Virus record (IMG/VR): IMGVR_UViG_3300025073_000001
Length of the DNA: 64,000 bases
Reading direction: 5' to 3' (one strand)
From: a virus
Lineage: Duplodnaviria > Heunggongvirae > Uroviricota > Caudoviricetes
Numbering within the stretch: the stretch's first letter is position 1; each line of letters begins with the position of its first letter. The notes beneath the pieces were generated by a model, which saw nothing but the letters and a program-made list of their open reading frames with translations, was not told the origin of the DNA and did no database searches. Both the position numbers and the translations under genes were made by a program. Below, one piece after another: positions 27,454 through 36,704 of this stretch.

Positions 27454-28137
27454 TTATTTTCCAATATACAATTGATTTTCATTTAAGTTCAATGCTTTAA
27501 ATCCTAATTTCTCCAAAATAAACTTGACGTTGGATGCAGTTTCCTCATGCCATAAAAATTTATGGAGATTATCTGGCAACCAAGTTTCAAGTTCATTTCC
27601 ATAAGTTCTTCCTGCTCCAATCCAATCTGCGATCATTTCAACGATGTAAATCATCGGCATCGGTAACGGATTTAAAGTTCCGTCTTTACTTGGATTTAAC
27701 CAATATTCAGGATGGTGTTCATTGTGATTTTTGTGATGAACCCATGCTCGATCAAATCCCGGAGAAGTTTTACTTGACGTAAAATCGTGAAATGCATAAG
27801 CGAAACTTTCGTTGGCTGAAAATTTGGATAAATCGTGAAGCCAAAGATTTTCTAAGTATTGATCTTTATCAATCCGGACGTCTTTAAACCAATCCATTCT
27901 ACTTAATTCTAATCCTGCTTGATAAACTGCAATTTTATGTGGAATTAACTTGGTTTCAAAGTAACCTAAAACATTCCAATAATTTACATCGTCGCAGAAT
28001 GAAAAATCTTCAACTGTAAATCTACCGTATAAAATATCTGCAAATTCATTTGGATCTCCTCCACAGGCATCTGTAAATTTCTTAAAAGCATTATTGGTAA
28101 ATGTAATTTTATTGTCAGTTCTCTTCAGATAAGTCAT
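27454..28137 (-). CDS. HD-superfamily metal-dependent protein (DUF5662-like)
   Basis: HDLSKF, AWVHHKNHNEHHPEYW, EMIADW. Confidence 0.7.
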   Translation of the reverse strand: MTYLKRTDNKITFTNNAFKKFTDACGGDPNEFADILYGRFTVEDFSFCDDVNYWNVLGYFETKLIPHKIAVYQAGLELSRMDWFKDVRIDKDQYLENLWLHDLSKFSANESFAYAFHDFTSSKTSPGFDRAWVHHKNHNEHHPEYWLNPSKDGTLNPLPMPMIYIVEMIADWIGAGRTYGNELETWLPDNLHKFLWHEETASNVKFILEKLGFKALNLNENQLYIGK

Positions 28138-28146
28138 TTTTTAATT

Positions 28147-30453
28147 TTAATTTTCCTGAACATTTATTGTGGAGTATCCACCGATTTTCTCAACATTTAT
28201 CTTCTTCTCGACCAAATCCTTCATTGAATCAATGTGGGAAATGACCAGTAAATAATTATACCGAGTCTTTAGAAATTCAAATAATTTACCCATTGACAAT
28301 AGATTATCACTATCGAGAACTCCAAATCCTTCGTCAATTGCTAAGAATGGAGGACGTGGAAGTGAAGTGATTTCAGTCAATGAAGTTCTGAATGCCAAGG
28401 ATAAAATGAATCTTTCCATCCCTGAAGTTAATTCTACTGGCCAAGTCTGGTTGTTTCCATAATCGATATAAGCGTGAATATATTTTTCTTCAGTTGATTC
28501 TAACTTGACGGTGAAGTTAACGACCTGAGATAAAACTTCATTGACTTCGCTTTCAATCAATGGCATCACTTTTTCCAGGATTAAATACGGAACTCCATCT
28601 CTTCCAAGGGCTTGAGTATAGAGTTCGTAGACTCGATTGTTCTTGACCAATTCATTGTATTTCTGCATCTTAACCTGCATTGCATCATAATCTTTCTTAA
28701 ATGAAGTTAGATTGGAAAATACAGTTCTGAATTCTTTCTGGGATTTTTCTTCTTCAAGTTCAGTCAATCTCAATTCTTCTTTGAATTGTAAAATGGTTTC
28801 TTCTATTTCTTCGTTCTTAACCAGAATCTCTTCTATTTCAAAATATCTCGCTTCATCAGCAGTTAACTTTTTAATCTTTTCCTTGATCGTTGTCCCTTGA
28901 TATTTCAAAGAATTGAACCTTTCTTCCAAGGTTGAAAGTTTAGATGAAATTGAAGCGAATTGATTTATCCTTTCAAGAATTTCCTTTCTCTCATTGATTT
29001 TAATTTGTAAATGAAATTGTTGACTTTCAAGAATAGAAGAAATTTCAGACAAAACAAATAATTCATCTTGCAATTTTGGTAAAATTTCCCTTGATTTTCT
29101 CGCATCTATTACAAATTCATTTTTACAGCAAAATTCACAGTTTGGATCATACTCGTGTTTATCAAGATGTTTAATCTTTTTGCTGTGATTTTCAATTGAA
29201 ATTTCTAAACTATGAATTTCACGTTGTTGTTCAGTTAACTTAGAAGTTGCATTCTTGAACGATTCTAACAAAGAATTATCATTTGAAAATCCATCAATAT
29301 CAATTCCAGTTAAACCACATTCAAGTTTTTTCCTTTGTTTTTTCAGTTCATCTATTTCACTTTTAACAGAACCTAAACTTTCAACAATGGTTTGAATTGA
29401 ACTTTGATTAAGTTTTAATTGAGTTTTGATTTCATCAATATTCAGTTTGTTGTCAACCGATTGAAGTTTCTTGTTCAGGTCAAAAATCTTCTCATTCAAT
29501 TCCTTTATATCAACTTTGAACTTGTTTGTCAATTCCGTCAACTCATTCATCCTGTTCTCATTCCAAGTTATCCGCTGATAAATATTGGATGATTTGTCGT
29601 AAAGGTTTTCCTTCTCAAATTCCTTAATCAAATATTGCTGTTCTTTGGTCGTTTCTTTTGAAATTCTGAATAATTCATCATAAATAGAAATATCTAAGAA
29701 TTTATATAAGAGTTCCTTCCGTTCTCTCTGAGTTTTTTCAACAAAGTTTTGATTATCATATTGCGTTGAAAGGGCAGTCATGACAAAATCATCGTAGGTT
29801 CCTAGATATTTCCTGATGGCTTTATTTGTCTGATCTCTATCTTCTCCGTTTAAACTTTTCTCCGATCCATCTTCATCATGAGTCCAAAACTTGACATCAA
29901 CTCTAACTGCTCCATCTCTTTCCCTCTTCTGTCCAAATCTTTCAATAAAGAATTCTTGGCCGTTGTAATCAAAGGAAAATTTGGACTTGAACCAATCCTT
30001 ATTATTGTTCAGAATGTGAATTGCCTTGGAAGCCCTTGTAGATTTGTCATAAATTGCAAAACACAAAATATCTAAAAAGGCCGAATTATGCGAAACAATT
30101 CCATTTGAATAATATTGATGAACTTTATCAACTTCAATATCAAATAAATCTTTTCTTATAGGTAAAATTTCAATAGTTTGAATTTCTTCTAATCCATCAA
30201 CTGTATGAACCTTTTCACCAAACTTTAAATTTGAAACTTTCGTGAATTTAGTTTTTCCAGTTTTGACCTTATGATCCGGACTGCACAACAATTCCTTTGA
30301 ATTTGTTTTAATCCTAAAAACCTTAGAATCTTTTGCAGTGATATCACAATGTTTAATTTTATGAAATCCAAAAGGTGTCTTGACGTTAAGATTCAAATCT
30401 CCATATTCTTTGAAAATTTGATAAACTTCGCCAATTGTCAAGGTTTTATTCAT
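28147..30453 (-). CDS. sbcC: C-terminal half of fractured sbcDC: IntC followed by SbcC/Rad50 (gp46-like) C-extein
   Basis: After HN comes SAFLDIL; coiled coil, CEFC zinc hook, TSGMER signature, AIDEGFG Walker B. Likely start MNKTL (30453) overlaps the upstream stop; ATG at 30462 is the alternative. Confidence 0.88.
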   Translation of the reverse strand: MNKTLTIGEVYQIFKEYGDLNLNVKTPFGFHKIKHCDITAKDSKVFRIKTNSKELLCSPDHKVKTGKTKFTKVSNLKFGEKVHTVDGLEEIQTIEILPIRKDLFDIEVDKVHQYYSNGIVSHNSAFLDILCFAIYDKSTRASKAIHILNNNKDWFKSKFSFDYNGQEFFIERFGQKRERDGAVRVDVKFWTHDEDGSEKSLNGEDRDQTNKAIRKYLGTYDDFVMTALSTQYDNQNFVEKTQRERKELLYKFLDISIYDELFRISKETTKEQQYLIKEFEKENLYDKSSNIYQRITWNENRMNELTELTNKFKVDIKELNEKIFDLNKKLQSVDNKLNIDEIKTQLKLNQSSIQTIVESLGSVKSEIDELKKQRKKLECGLTGIDIDGFSNDNSLLESFKNATSKLTEQQREIHSLEISIENHSKKIKHLDKHEYDPNCEFCCKNEFVIDARKSREILPKLQDELFVLSEISSILESQQFHLQIKINERKEILERINQFASISSKLSTLEERFNSLKYQGTTIKEKIKKLTADEARYFEIEEILVKNEEIEETILQFKEELRLTELEEEKSQKEFRTVFSNLTSFKKDYDAMQVKMQKYNELVKNNRVYELYTQALGRDGVPYLILEKVMPLIESEVNEVLSQVVNFTVKLESTEEKYIHAYIDYGNNQTWPVELTSGMERFILSLAFRTSLTEITSLPRPPFLAIDEGFGVLDSDNLLSMGKLFEFLKTRYNYLLVISHIDSMKDLVEKKINVEKIGGYSTINVQEN
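30085..30453 (-). mobile_element. Split intein C-fragment (about 123 aa)
   Basis: Block B CSPDH, block F LFDIEVDKVHQYYSNG, block G SHN, Ser+1 at 30082-30084. Confidence 0.88.
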
Positions 30454-31759
30454 TAATTTCATCTATCTTTTGCAAAATTGAATTTTTAATTTCTAAAATA
30501 TTATTTGAGGCCAAAACATTCAACCCAAATTCATGACATTTTTTAATTTTATGTTCAAGTCTCTTATCATAAAATTCAGTATTTTTCATTCCAGCATATT
30601 CAACATATAAATCAATTTCTTTGATATAAAAATCATAACAATGACGATGACGAGAATATGCAAATGGATATAATTTCCCGTATTCATATTCTATTGAGTT
30701 GTCAACTAAAAATTTTGCAATTTGAAGTTCAATATCACTCAAAAATATATGACCATCAAAAAATGTTCTATTTCCATATAATCCACATTCCCTATTTTTA
30801 AAATCCATCACTTCGTAAACTCTGTTTAAAACTTCCTCAACATTCTTGATTTTAAAAATATCAACAATTATTTTATTTGAAATGGTTCTTTTGACATTTC
30901 TAATGTTAGAAAAACTTTCTGAAACATATTTTATCAAATCATCTAAGGTCGTAATATTATCAACGATATATCGAATAGGTTCATAAATTGCATCTTTTCC
31001 GTTTCTATATGGGAACAACATCTTTTGAATATATCGTTCAATATAATCTTCAGGATAATTTAATTTTAAATGTTCTAGACTTGAACTATCCTTTCTAAGA
31101 TTGAATTCTCTTTTTTCTTCATCAGACTTTGCATTTAATGTGGCTTGCCACTTTCTATTTATTTCTTGTGTTTTTCGAGTTCCTTCTTCCTCTCCATATA
31201 ATTCAATATTTTTTGCTAATGATCTAGTTGTTTGGACTTTTGAAACTTCAATTTTTGCTTCTTCTTCAGTAAATCCCTTAGCAATCCAGTAATCAACTCG
31301 ACGATGTGAATTCTTTCTACCCCTTTCTCGAATTTTATCATGAAGTTTAATTCCTTCAGTTTCTCCATGAATTTCAATTAAACACTTTAAGTTTGATCGA
31401 TTTTTAACAATCTTAGAATATTCTTCTCGACCTTCTTCTTCAGTATATCCACGTGAAGTCCAATATTCTGGTTTGGCTATTTGTCGACACGCAACTTGGT
31501 ACTTCGCTTCTTCTTCAGTAAATCCCTTTTCTAACCAATGTTCAATGCAATATGCAGATTTCTTTTTATCATAAGGTTTTAATTTTTGTTTTTCTTTTTT
31601 ACTTTGAAGTTGCTCCGGCGTATAAACTAAAACTCTTTCAACATTAAATTTTAATTTGTATTCCGCAATTGTCATTTTATGCTTCTTAGGAATATGTCCG
31701 CATAAATTGGTGCTTCTAAAGCCACAAATTTGACAAGTAATCTTAAAATCATCTTCCAT
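30446..31759 (-). CDS. Free-standing endonuclease between the split-intein halves (Zn finger, helical repeats, PD-(D/E)xK/Vsr-like)
   Basis: CQIC...HIPKKH, (H/Y)WxxxG(F/Y)TEEE repeats, YDFYIKEIDLYVEYAG. Confidence 0.75.
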   Translation of the reverse strand: MEDDFKITCQICGFRSTNLCGHIPKKHKMTIAEYKLKFNVERVLVYTPEQLQSKKEKQKLKPYDKKKSAYCIEHWLEKGFTEEEAKYQVACRQIAKPEYWTSRGYTEEEGREEYSKIVKNRSNLKCLIEIHGETEGIKLHDKIRERGRKNSHRRVDYWIAKGFTEEEAKIEVSKVQTTRSLAKNIELYGEEEGTRKTQEINRKWQATLNAKSDEEKREFNLRKDSSSLEHLKLNYPEDYIERYIQKMLFPYRNGKDAIYEPIRYIVDNITTLDDLIKYVSESFSNIRNVKRTISNKIIVDIFKIKNVEEVLNRVYEVMDFKNRECGLYGNRTFFDGHIFLSDIELQIAKFLVDNSIEYEYGKLYPFAYSRHRHCYDFYIKEIDLYVEYAGMKNTEFYDKRLEHKIKKCHEFGLNVLASNNILEIKNSILQKIDEINE

Positions 31760-31788
31760 GGTTTCTCCTTTTTAATTGTGTTATTTAC

Positions 31789-31797
31789 ATAACTATC
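31789..31797 (-). promoter_or_regulatory. Putative late promoter element GATANTTAT
   Basis: GATAGTTAT upstream of the endonuclease; AAGGAG SD follows. Confidence 0.45.
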
Positions 31798-31832
31798 AAT
31801 TTTTTTGGAAAAACCACTTTTACACTAAATAT

Positions 31833-31922
31833 TTATTTTAATTCGTCCGGAATAAACCCTAATTTATTTAAAATATAGTCTTTGTCAAATTCTATTTCAA
31901 TTTTAGTTGATGAATCGACACA
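31833..31922 (-). mobile_element. Split intein N-fragment (29 aa plus stop)
   Basis: CVDSSTKIEIEF... begins straight after Walker A GNYQGK. Confidence 0.85.
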
Positions 31923-33140
31923 CTTACCTTGATAGTTTCCGGCTTGAAGGCCATAAATCCCTTCAAAATCAGAAAAGTCAACGATGTTATTTTCACCATA
32001 CGAAAACATATTACTGAATTCAAGTTTCTTTGGAATCCAAGTTATGTTTCTATTGATTAATTGATTTTGATTCAGGGTTCGATTGCATTCAACGTTGATT
32101 TCCTTAACCAATTCAATTGAATCTTTGTCAATATCTTGGAGTAATAAATATTCTTCAATGATTTCATTCTGATAATTGACATCTCTGCTGTTACCTAGAT
32201 TTGAAGTAGAATTCAATGAAGTTAATTGGCTGTTGACTTTTTGCCGGATCGTTTCAACAATGTTGAATTTCTTAGCAAATAATTCAATGGCTTCATTTAC
32301 AGTTTCAATTGAACTGTTTTCATATTTGACTCTCAATCTGACTTTCTTAGTCAGTTTCTTTGGAATTTCATATTCGTTGTTGAAAACGTTCAAAGTGTAA
32401 TAACAGTAATCGTTTTCAATTTCAACGAATTCTGAGGTTCTTTTGTCAACGTCAAAAATCAAAAATCCATGACCAATTGCTGGCTCCCCAAATGACTGTC
32501 CGCACAATGAACCTGGATATTTTATTTCTGGTTTTCCTTCGCTTTTTTCCTGAACCATTAAAGAATTCTGATGAAGATCGCCCAAAAGCACGATGTCAAA
32601 TCCATCAAACTTTTCAGTTCCAATCGTCCGCATTCCAGATTCAATATGTGGATTTGGATTATTTTTTCCAATGACTGGCCCGTGGAAGATTGCGATTTTA
32701 TTCTTGGCTTTTATCTTATCTGCCAGAACCCAATCATCCTGAGATCCAATTAAACTGAATACAGAAAAATGACATCCGTTCAATCTGTAAACGCCAGAAT
32801 CCCTCCAAAAGTGAATGTTTGGATGGTTTAAGGATTCAATAATTGGAGTCAAAGCGTCCAATCTGTTCACGTTTGACATCAGAAAGTCATGATTGCCTAA
32901 CACGACAATTGTTGGTAATAAATCAGCACATGATTTCAGGAACTTTGAAGTAATTTGAATTAATTCAGGTGAAATATCAATCTTGTTGTGAACAATGTCT
33001 CCGCCGAGACAAATGACTGAATTTTCATCCTTGGTTTCCGAAATGTGTTTTAACAGACGCTTGAAGACAACTTCGTATTCTTTATGTCTTTTATATGGAC
33101 GAATATGAAGATCGCTAACTAAGAATATTTTTGAGATCAA
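31833..33140 (-). CDS. sbcD: N-terminal half of fractured sbcDC: SbcD/Mre11 nuclease, SbcC start and IntN
   Basis: SDLH, GGDIVH, GNHD, FHG, GDLH, YPGS motifs; then WIPKKLEFSNMFSYGE...AGNYQGK. Confidence 0.9.
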   Translation of the reverse strand: MISKIFLVSDLHIRPYKRHKEYEVVFKRLLKHISETKDENSVICLGGDIVHNKIDISPELIQITSKFLKSCADLLPTIVVLGNHDFLMSNVNRLDALTPIIESLNHPNIHFWRDSGVYRLNGCHFSVFSLIGSQDDWVLADKIKAKNKIAIFHGPVIGKNNPNPHIESGMRTIGTEKFDGFDIVLLGDLHQNSLMVQEKSEGKPEIKYPGSLCGQSFGEPAIGHGFLIFDVDKRTSEFVEIENDYCYYTLNVFNNEYEIPKKLTKKVRLRVKYENSSIETVNEAIELFAKKFNIVETIRQKVNSQLTSLNSTSNLGNSRDVNYQNEIIEEYLLLQDIDKDSIELVKEINVECNRTLNQNQLINRNITWIPKKLEFSNMFSYGENNIVDFSDFEGIYGLQAGNYQGKCVDSSTKIEIEFDKDYILNKLGFIPDELK

Positions 33141-33151
33141 ATTCTTTCTTT

Positions 33152-33481
33152 TTATTTTACAAGTGTTAAAAGAATTGCAGTTCCTTGTTTCTTAAATGTA
33201 AATTTTCCAACAATTGATAATGATTTTCCAAGAAACGCTGAAACTTTTTCAGAACCATTTAAAACTTCATCGAGTAGAATCATTGAACTTCTAAACTCTT
33301 TCCCTAATTCATTCTCCCAAATAACAAATATTCCGCTTCTACTTCCTTCCCAAGATTTATATTTTAAATTGGTTTCAAATTCATAGTTATCAACTTCTTT
33401 TCCAACAATCCAAGGATAATTTGTCGTGGTTGTTAGATGATTTCCATTTTTATCAAACGGAACTTTAAATTGTTTTTTCAT
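33152..33481 (-). CDS. Hypothetical protein
   Basis: 109 aa; OB-like beta pattern. Confidence 0.55.
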   Translation of the reverse strand: MKKQFKVPFDKNGNHLTTTTNYPWIVGKEVDNYEFETNLKYKSWEGSRSGIFVIWENELGKEFRSSMILLDEVLNGSEKVSAFLGKSLSIVGKFTFKKQGTAILLTLVK

Positions 33482-33747
33482 ATATAATAAGAGCGGTTTG
33501 AATTAAATGAAAATATCGTAATATGTCTTGGATAATTTTGAGTATCTATTAAGATAATTTCATATCTTCTAAATTGAATTTGAACAAATTCTTCATTTGG
33601 TTTAGATATGGTTATCAAATATAAATCATCATTTTCATGAGTTACTCGATAACCTTCAAAATCAAAACTCCAAGGAACTCCATCAACTAAATTCGCTCCG
33701 TGTTCAATTCCATATTGAACGAATTGGTCAAATGACAATGTCATCAT
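33478..33747 (-). CDS. Hypothetical protein
   Basis: PWSFDFEGY.VTHENDDLYLI motif. Confidence 0.55.
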   Translation of the reverse strand: MMTLSFDQFVQYGIEHGANLVDGVPWSFDFEGYRVTHENDDLYLITISKPNEEFVQIQFRRYEIILIDTQNYPRHITIFSFNSNRSYYI

Positions 33748-33750
33748 ATC

Positions 33751-34182
33751 TCAATAATTGATTTTAAACTTTTTGAAACTATTTTGTAGATGGAAATCAA
33801 TGCACATATGAATTAACCAAGGAATATTTGAAATCAGTTGATCTCTCATTGAATTTAAATCAGATATTTTGACTGTAACAATTTCTTCATCCGTCTTGGT
33901 TTCAACTGAATCGATCGTGAATGAATGGTGAGTAAAAACTCTAACAATCCATTCTTCACCTTCCATTATTCCAATTTCTTTCCAATCATATAGAATGACT
34001 CCAGTTTCTTCGAAGAATTCACGACACATCGAATCGTGATATGTTTCCCCAGATTCAACCTTTCCACCGATTCCATTTAAGAATCCTTTCTGCCATTCTG
34101 GTCTATTCTTTCTAATTAAACAAACTTCATCAAATTTCTCATTAAATAAGAAACCAAGAACATATTTCTTTTTCATTTTCAA
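33751..34182 (-). CDS. Nudix hydrolase
   Basis: Nudix box GGKVESGETYHDSMCREFFEETGV. Confidence 0.9.
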   Translation of the reverse strand: MKMKKKYVLGFLFNEKFDEVCLIRKNRPEWQKGFLNGIGGKVESGETYHDSMCREFFEETGVILYDWKEIGIMEGEEWIVRVFTHHSFTIDSVETKTDEEIVTVKISDLNSMRDQLISNIPWLIHMCIDFHLQNSFKKFKINY

Positions 34183-34595
34183 TAATTTACTACTTTCGTG
34201 ATTAAATTATATTTTTCTGGACTGGCTAACTTGATCATGCCTCCAGTTCCAGTCGATTTGCCATCGTGAAATGCTATCAAGTGCGTTGCTATCTTTGCCA
34301 TTTCTTCATTTCTAATTGGTCCTGCTAAGGCATTATATTTCGTTCCATCTCTCCTAGTTCTAATTAAACGAATTGGATTATCTAAATCATCCCATTTTGC
34401 TGGCATTTCGATGATTGGAAAGTGATATTTGTTAGCAAAAACTTCTCCAAGAGTATCTGCACCATCTGCTTTACCTGAAATGATTGTAACTTGATTTGGT
34501 TTAAATTGCTGTTCAACTAGGAACCGTTGTGTTTCAAATTGGAGAAGATTATAATCTTTGAAATCACTTCCTCCTGCTATTATAAGTTTAATCAT
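34179..34595 (-). CDS. SLOG-family protein (YspA/DUF2493-like)
   Basis: LIIAGGS, ISGKADGADTLG, AGPIRNEEM, DGKSTGT. Confidence 0.8.
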   Translation of the reverse strand: MIKLIIAGGSDFKDYNLLQFETQRFLVEQQFKPNQVTIISGKADGADTLGEVFANKYHFPIIEMPAKWDDLDNPIRLIRTRRDGTKYNALAGPIRNEEMAKIATHLIAFHDGKSTGTGGMIKLASPEKYNLITKVVNY

Positions 34596-35518
34596 CTCAA
34601 CATATTTAAAATTTTAAATTCAAAGTTATCAGTTTCAGTTATTTTCACTGCATTGTTTATAAATCCCCAAACCTTTTCATATCCTAAACTTGAAGGATCT
34701 TCATCAATTGGTAATTCAACTTTGAAGCATTCTATTCCAGATTCTATGAAATATTTGGATTGCTCCATCGCATCTTTCAACGCATCGCCATCTAAGCAAA
34801 AAATTAACTTTGGAACGTTTTCATCAATTATCTTTTCTCTTAATTTTTTATTGATTTTTTTACCGTAAAGTGGAACAGCGTTTCTCCGAACGACAATTGC
34901 ATCAAGTTTGGATTCAACAAGTATAACAGATTCCGACCAATTTATCAAATTTTCATCGTAAACTTGATCCTTCTCTATTTCAGCGGGAATTGCAAAATAT
35001 TTGTTATTTGGAAGGTAACTTCTGCCTGAGTAAAAGTTCAAAGTTCCGTTTTCATCATAACTTGGAAAAATAACCATGTCTGAATATCTTCCAGATTCAC
35101 AATATCCAAGTCTATGTTTTAAAATATCTTGTTCAGTTACACCTCTTGAAAACAAATAACCTTTGGCCTTTAAATGAAAGAAACTTCCCGATTCTGTCCA
35201 TAAAGGTTTAAATTCATCTGGAAGTTTAAATGATTCAACTTGATTCTTTTTCTGGTAAATTTGTTTTTCTTTCCAAAGTTCCCTTGCAAATTGAATTTTA
35301 TCTGAACCTTGACGTAACTTCTTAAAGAGTTGTTGAATGCTTCCACCTTTAGCAGGACAAACCCAACATTTCCAACCTCCAGTTCCGAGTGAAACGCCTA
35401 ACTTTGGACCATGTCTTCCTTCATGGAACGGACAAATGAACTGGTAATAGTCGCGATTTGTCTTTTGACCTTTACCAAGAACTGATTCAAGAAGTTGAAG
35501 TTTTTCCACTAAATGCAA
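34592..35518 (-). CDS. DNA primase (DnaG-type, CHC2 plus TOPRIM)
   Basis: CPFH...CWVC zinc domain, LVESKLDA, CLDGDA, DEDP. Confidence 0.88.
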   Translation of the reverse strand: MHLVEKLQLLESVLGKGQKTNRDYYQFICPFHEGRHGPKLGVSLGTGGWKCWVCPAKGGSIQQLFKKLRQGSDKIQFARELWKEKQIYQKKNQVESFKLPDEFKPLWTESGSFFHLKAKGYLFSRGVTEQDILKHRLGYCESGRYSDMVIFPSYDENGTLNFYSGRSYLPNNKYFAIPAEIEKDQVYDENLINWSESVILVESKLDAIVVRRNAVPLYGKKINKKLREKIIDENVPKLIFCLDGDALKDAMEQSKYFIESGIECFKVELPIDEDPSSLGYEKVWGFINNAVKITETDNFEFKILNMLR

Positions 35519-35730
35519 TCTTTAATTAGAGAATTTCCAGATGTTCTGCAATCTGGACAAATCCAACTGATATTATCAATATTCCAATTGACCATTGCAG
35601 AATTTAATGATTTTTTAGGAGTAATTGAAATTTTGTTTGGCAGTCTTCTATAAAATTTACTTGGTTGTTCTGTTAAAATTTCAATTATCATGTTTGGTTC
35701 AGAACCGCAGTTTGGACATTTAAAAATCAT
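35509..35730 (-). CDS. Zinc-ribbon protein
   Basis: CPNC...CPDC. Confidence 0.55.
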   Translation of the reverse strand: MIFKCPNCGSEPNMIIEILTEQPSKFYRRLPNKISITPKKSLNSAMVNWNIDNISWICPDCRTSGNSLIKDCI

Positions 35731-35748
35731 ACTAAATTTTATTTATCA

Positions 35749-35780
35749 CAAGTATAATGGAAATTTCTGAGAAAACCAAA
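35749..35780 (-). promoter_or_regulatory. Bacteroidota-type promoter for the replication operon
   Basis: TTTG-N20-TATACTTG (one mismatch in the -7 box). Confidence 0.6.
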
Positions 35781-35781
35781 T

Positions 35782-36171
35782 TTATTTGAAAAAATATTGG
35801 CCATCAAGTTCATGAACCATTCCCTTTGAAATTAATCCTTGAATTAATTGCTTTCCATCAGAAGATAAATCATTTGACAATTTTAAAGGTTTCTTTGTCT
35901 TCTTTTTACTTTCATTGTTCATGAATTGAAAAAATTTTGTTGAGATTCCTTTGCGTTGAAGATTTTCTGGAATCCATGCGCCTCTAATTTCATAACCATT
36001 TGCAGATTCGTCCACAGTAAACATAGGATTTCTGTTACCTAAATTTGACATTTTCTTTTCAACATCATAAGCAACAAGTGTTCCATGAGTTCCAACTTCA
36101 TAAAAAACCAAATCACCTGTTTTGATGTTTCTTTCCAATATTAGAGATTCATATATTTGACGGAGTTTCAA
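35782..36171 (-). CDS. GNAT-family acetyltransferase with class-B leader
   Basis: MKLRQIYESLILE leader; IPENLQRKGISTKF acetyl-CoA motif A; LSSDGKQL. Confidence 0.65.
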   Translation of the reverse strand: MKLRQIYESLILERNIKTGDLVFYEVGTHGTLVAYDVEKKMSNLGNRNPMFTVDESANGYEIRGAWIPENLQRKGISTKFFQFMNNESKKKTKKPLKLSNDLSSDGKQLIQGLISKGMVHELDGQYFFK

Positions 36172-36704
36172 AGTGTATTCCTATATTTTATTTCTTTTAA
36201 TAAATTTTTAAAATTATCGTCAAGTTTAACTCCTCTGAAAAGTCCTGATCCAATTGCTTCATTAAAATAAGAATTGTCAATCATAACATTGAATTGAATT
36301 TGGATAATTGCCTCTGCCATATTACATTGACCTTTTGTCTGAAAAAATTCCAGTATCTCAAAACGAAAGTTTTCCTTCCCCAATTTTTCAATCTGATCGT
36401 TCAACGGAAGACAAGAGCCCGTGTACGTTTGCCAATCACTCTCTACGCGACTTTTTTTCTTCTTCGTTACCTTTGCCCCACTTTTGAGAGATACGCGCCT
36501 AGACGTTGTTTTCGCCGCAGACAAATATTTTCGGCCCAAATATTTGGTCTTAGTAATTCCCAATCTATCAAGTTCATCTTGTGGAAGAACACATTCAATT
36601 TTATACACAAAGCCAAATGCTCCCAATGGAACTTCAAATTGATCTGAACCTTTATATGTCCAGTGGCCGGAATTGTTTTCTTTCAAGTTTTCAAAGTTTA
36701 TCAT
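36168..36704 (-). CDS. GIY-YIG/Seg-like putative nuclease
   Basis: GFVYKIE...KYLGRK, DWQTYTGS, FRFEILE, E...Q, YFN. Confidence 0.65.
   Translation of the reverse strand: MINFENLKENNSGHWTYKGSDQFEVPLGAFGFVYKIECVLPQDELDRLGITKTKYLGRKYLSAAKTTSRRVSLKSGAKVTKKKKSRVESDWQTYTGSCLPLNDQIEKLGKENFRFEILEFFQTKGQCNMAEAIIQIQFNVMIDNSYFNEAIGSGLFRGVKLDDNFKNLLKEIKYRNTL

Noticed and set aside
30446-31832. Group I intron as the explanation of the sbcDC interruption
   Set aside because: Both flanks encode intein blocks, each half has its own stop or start, and the 73-nt gap is too short for a ribozyme core. A split intein explains it better.
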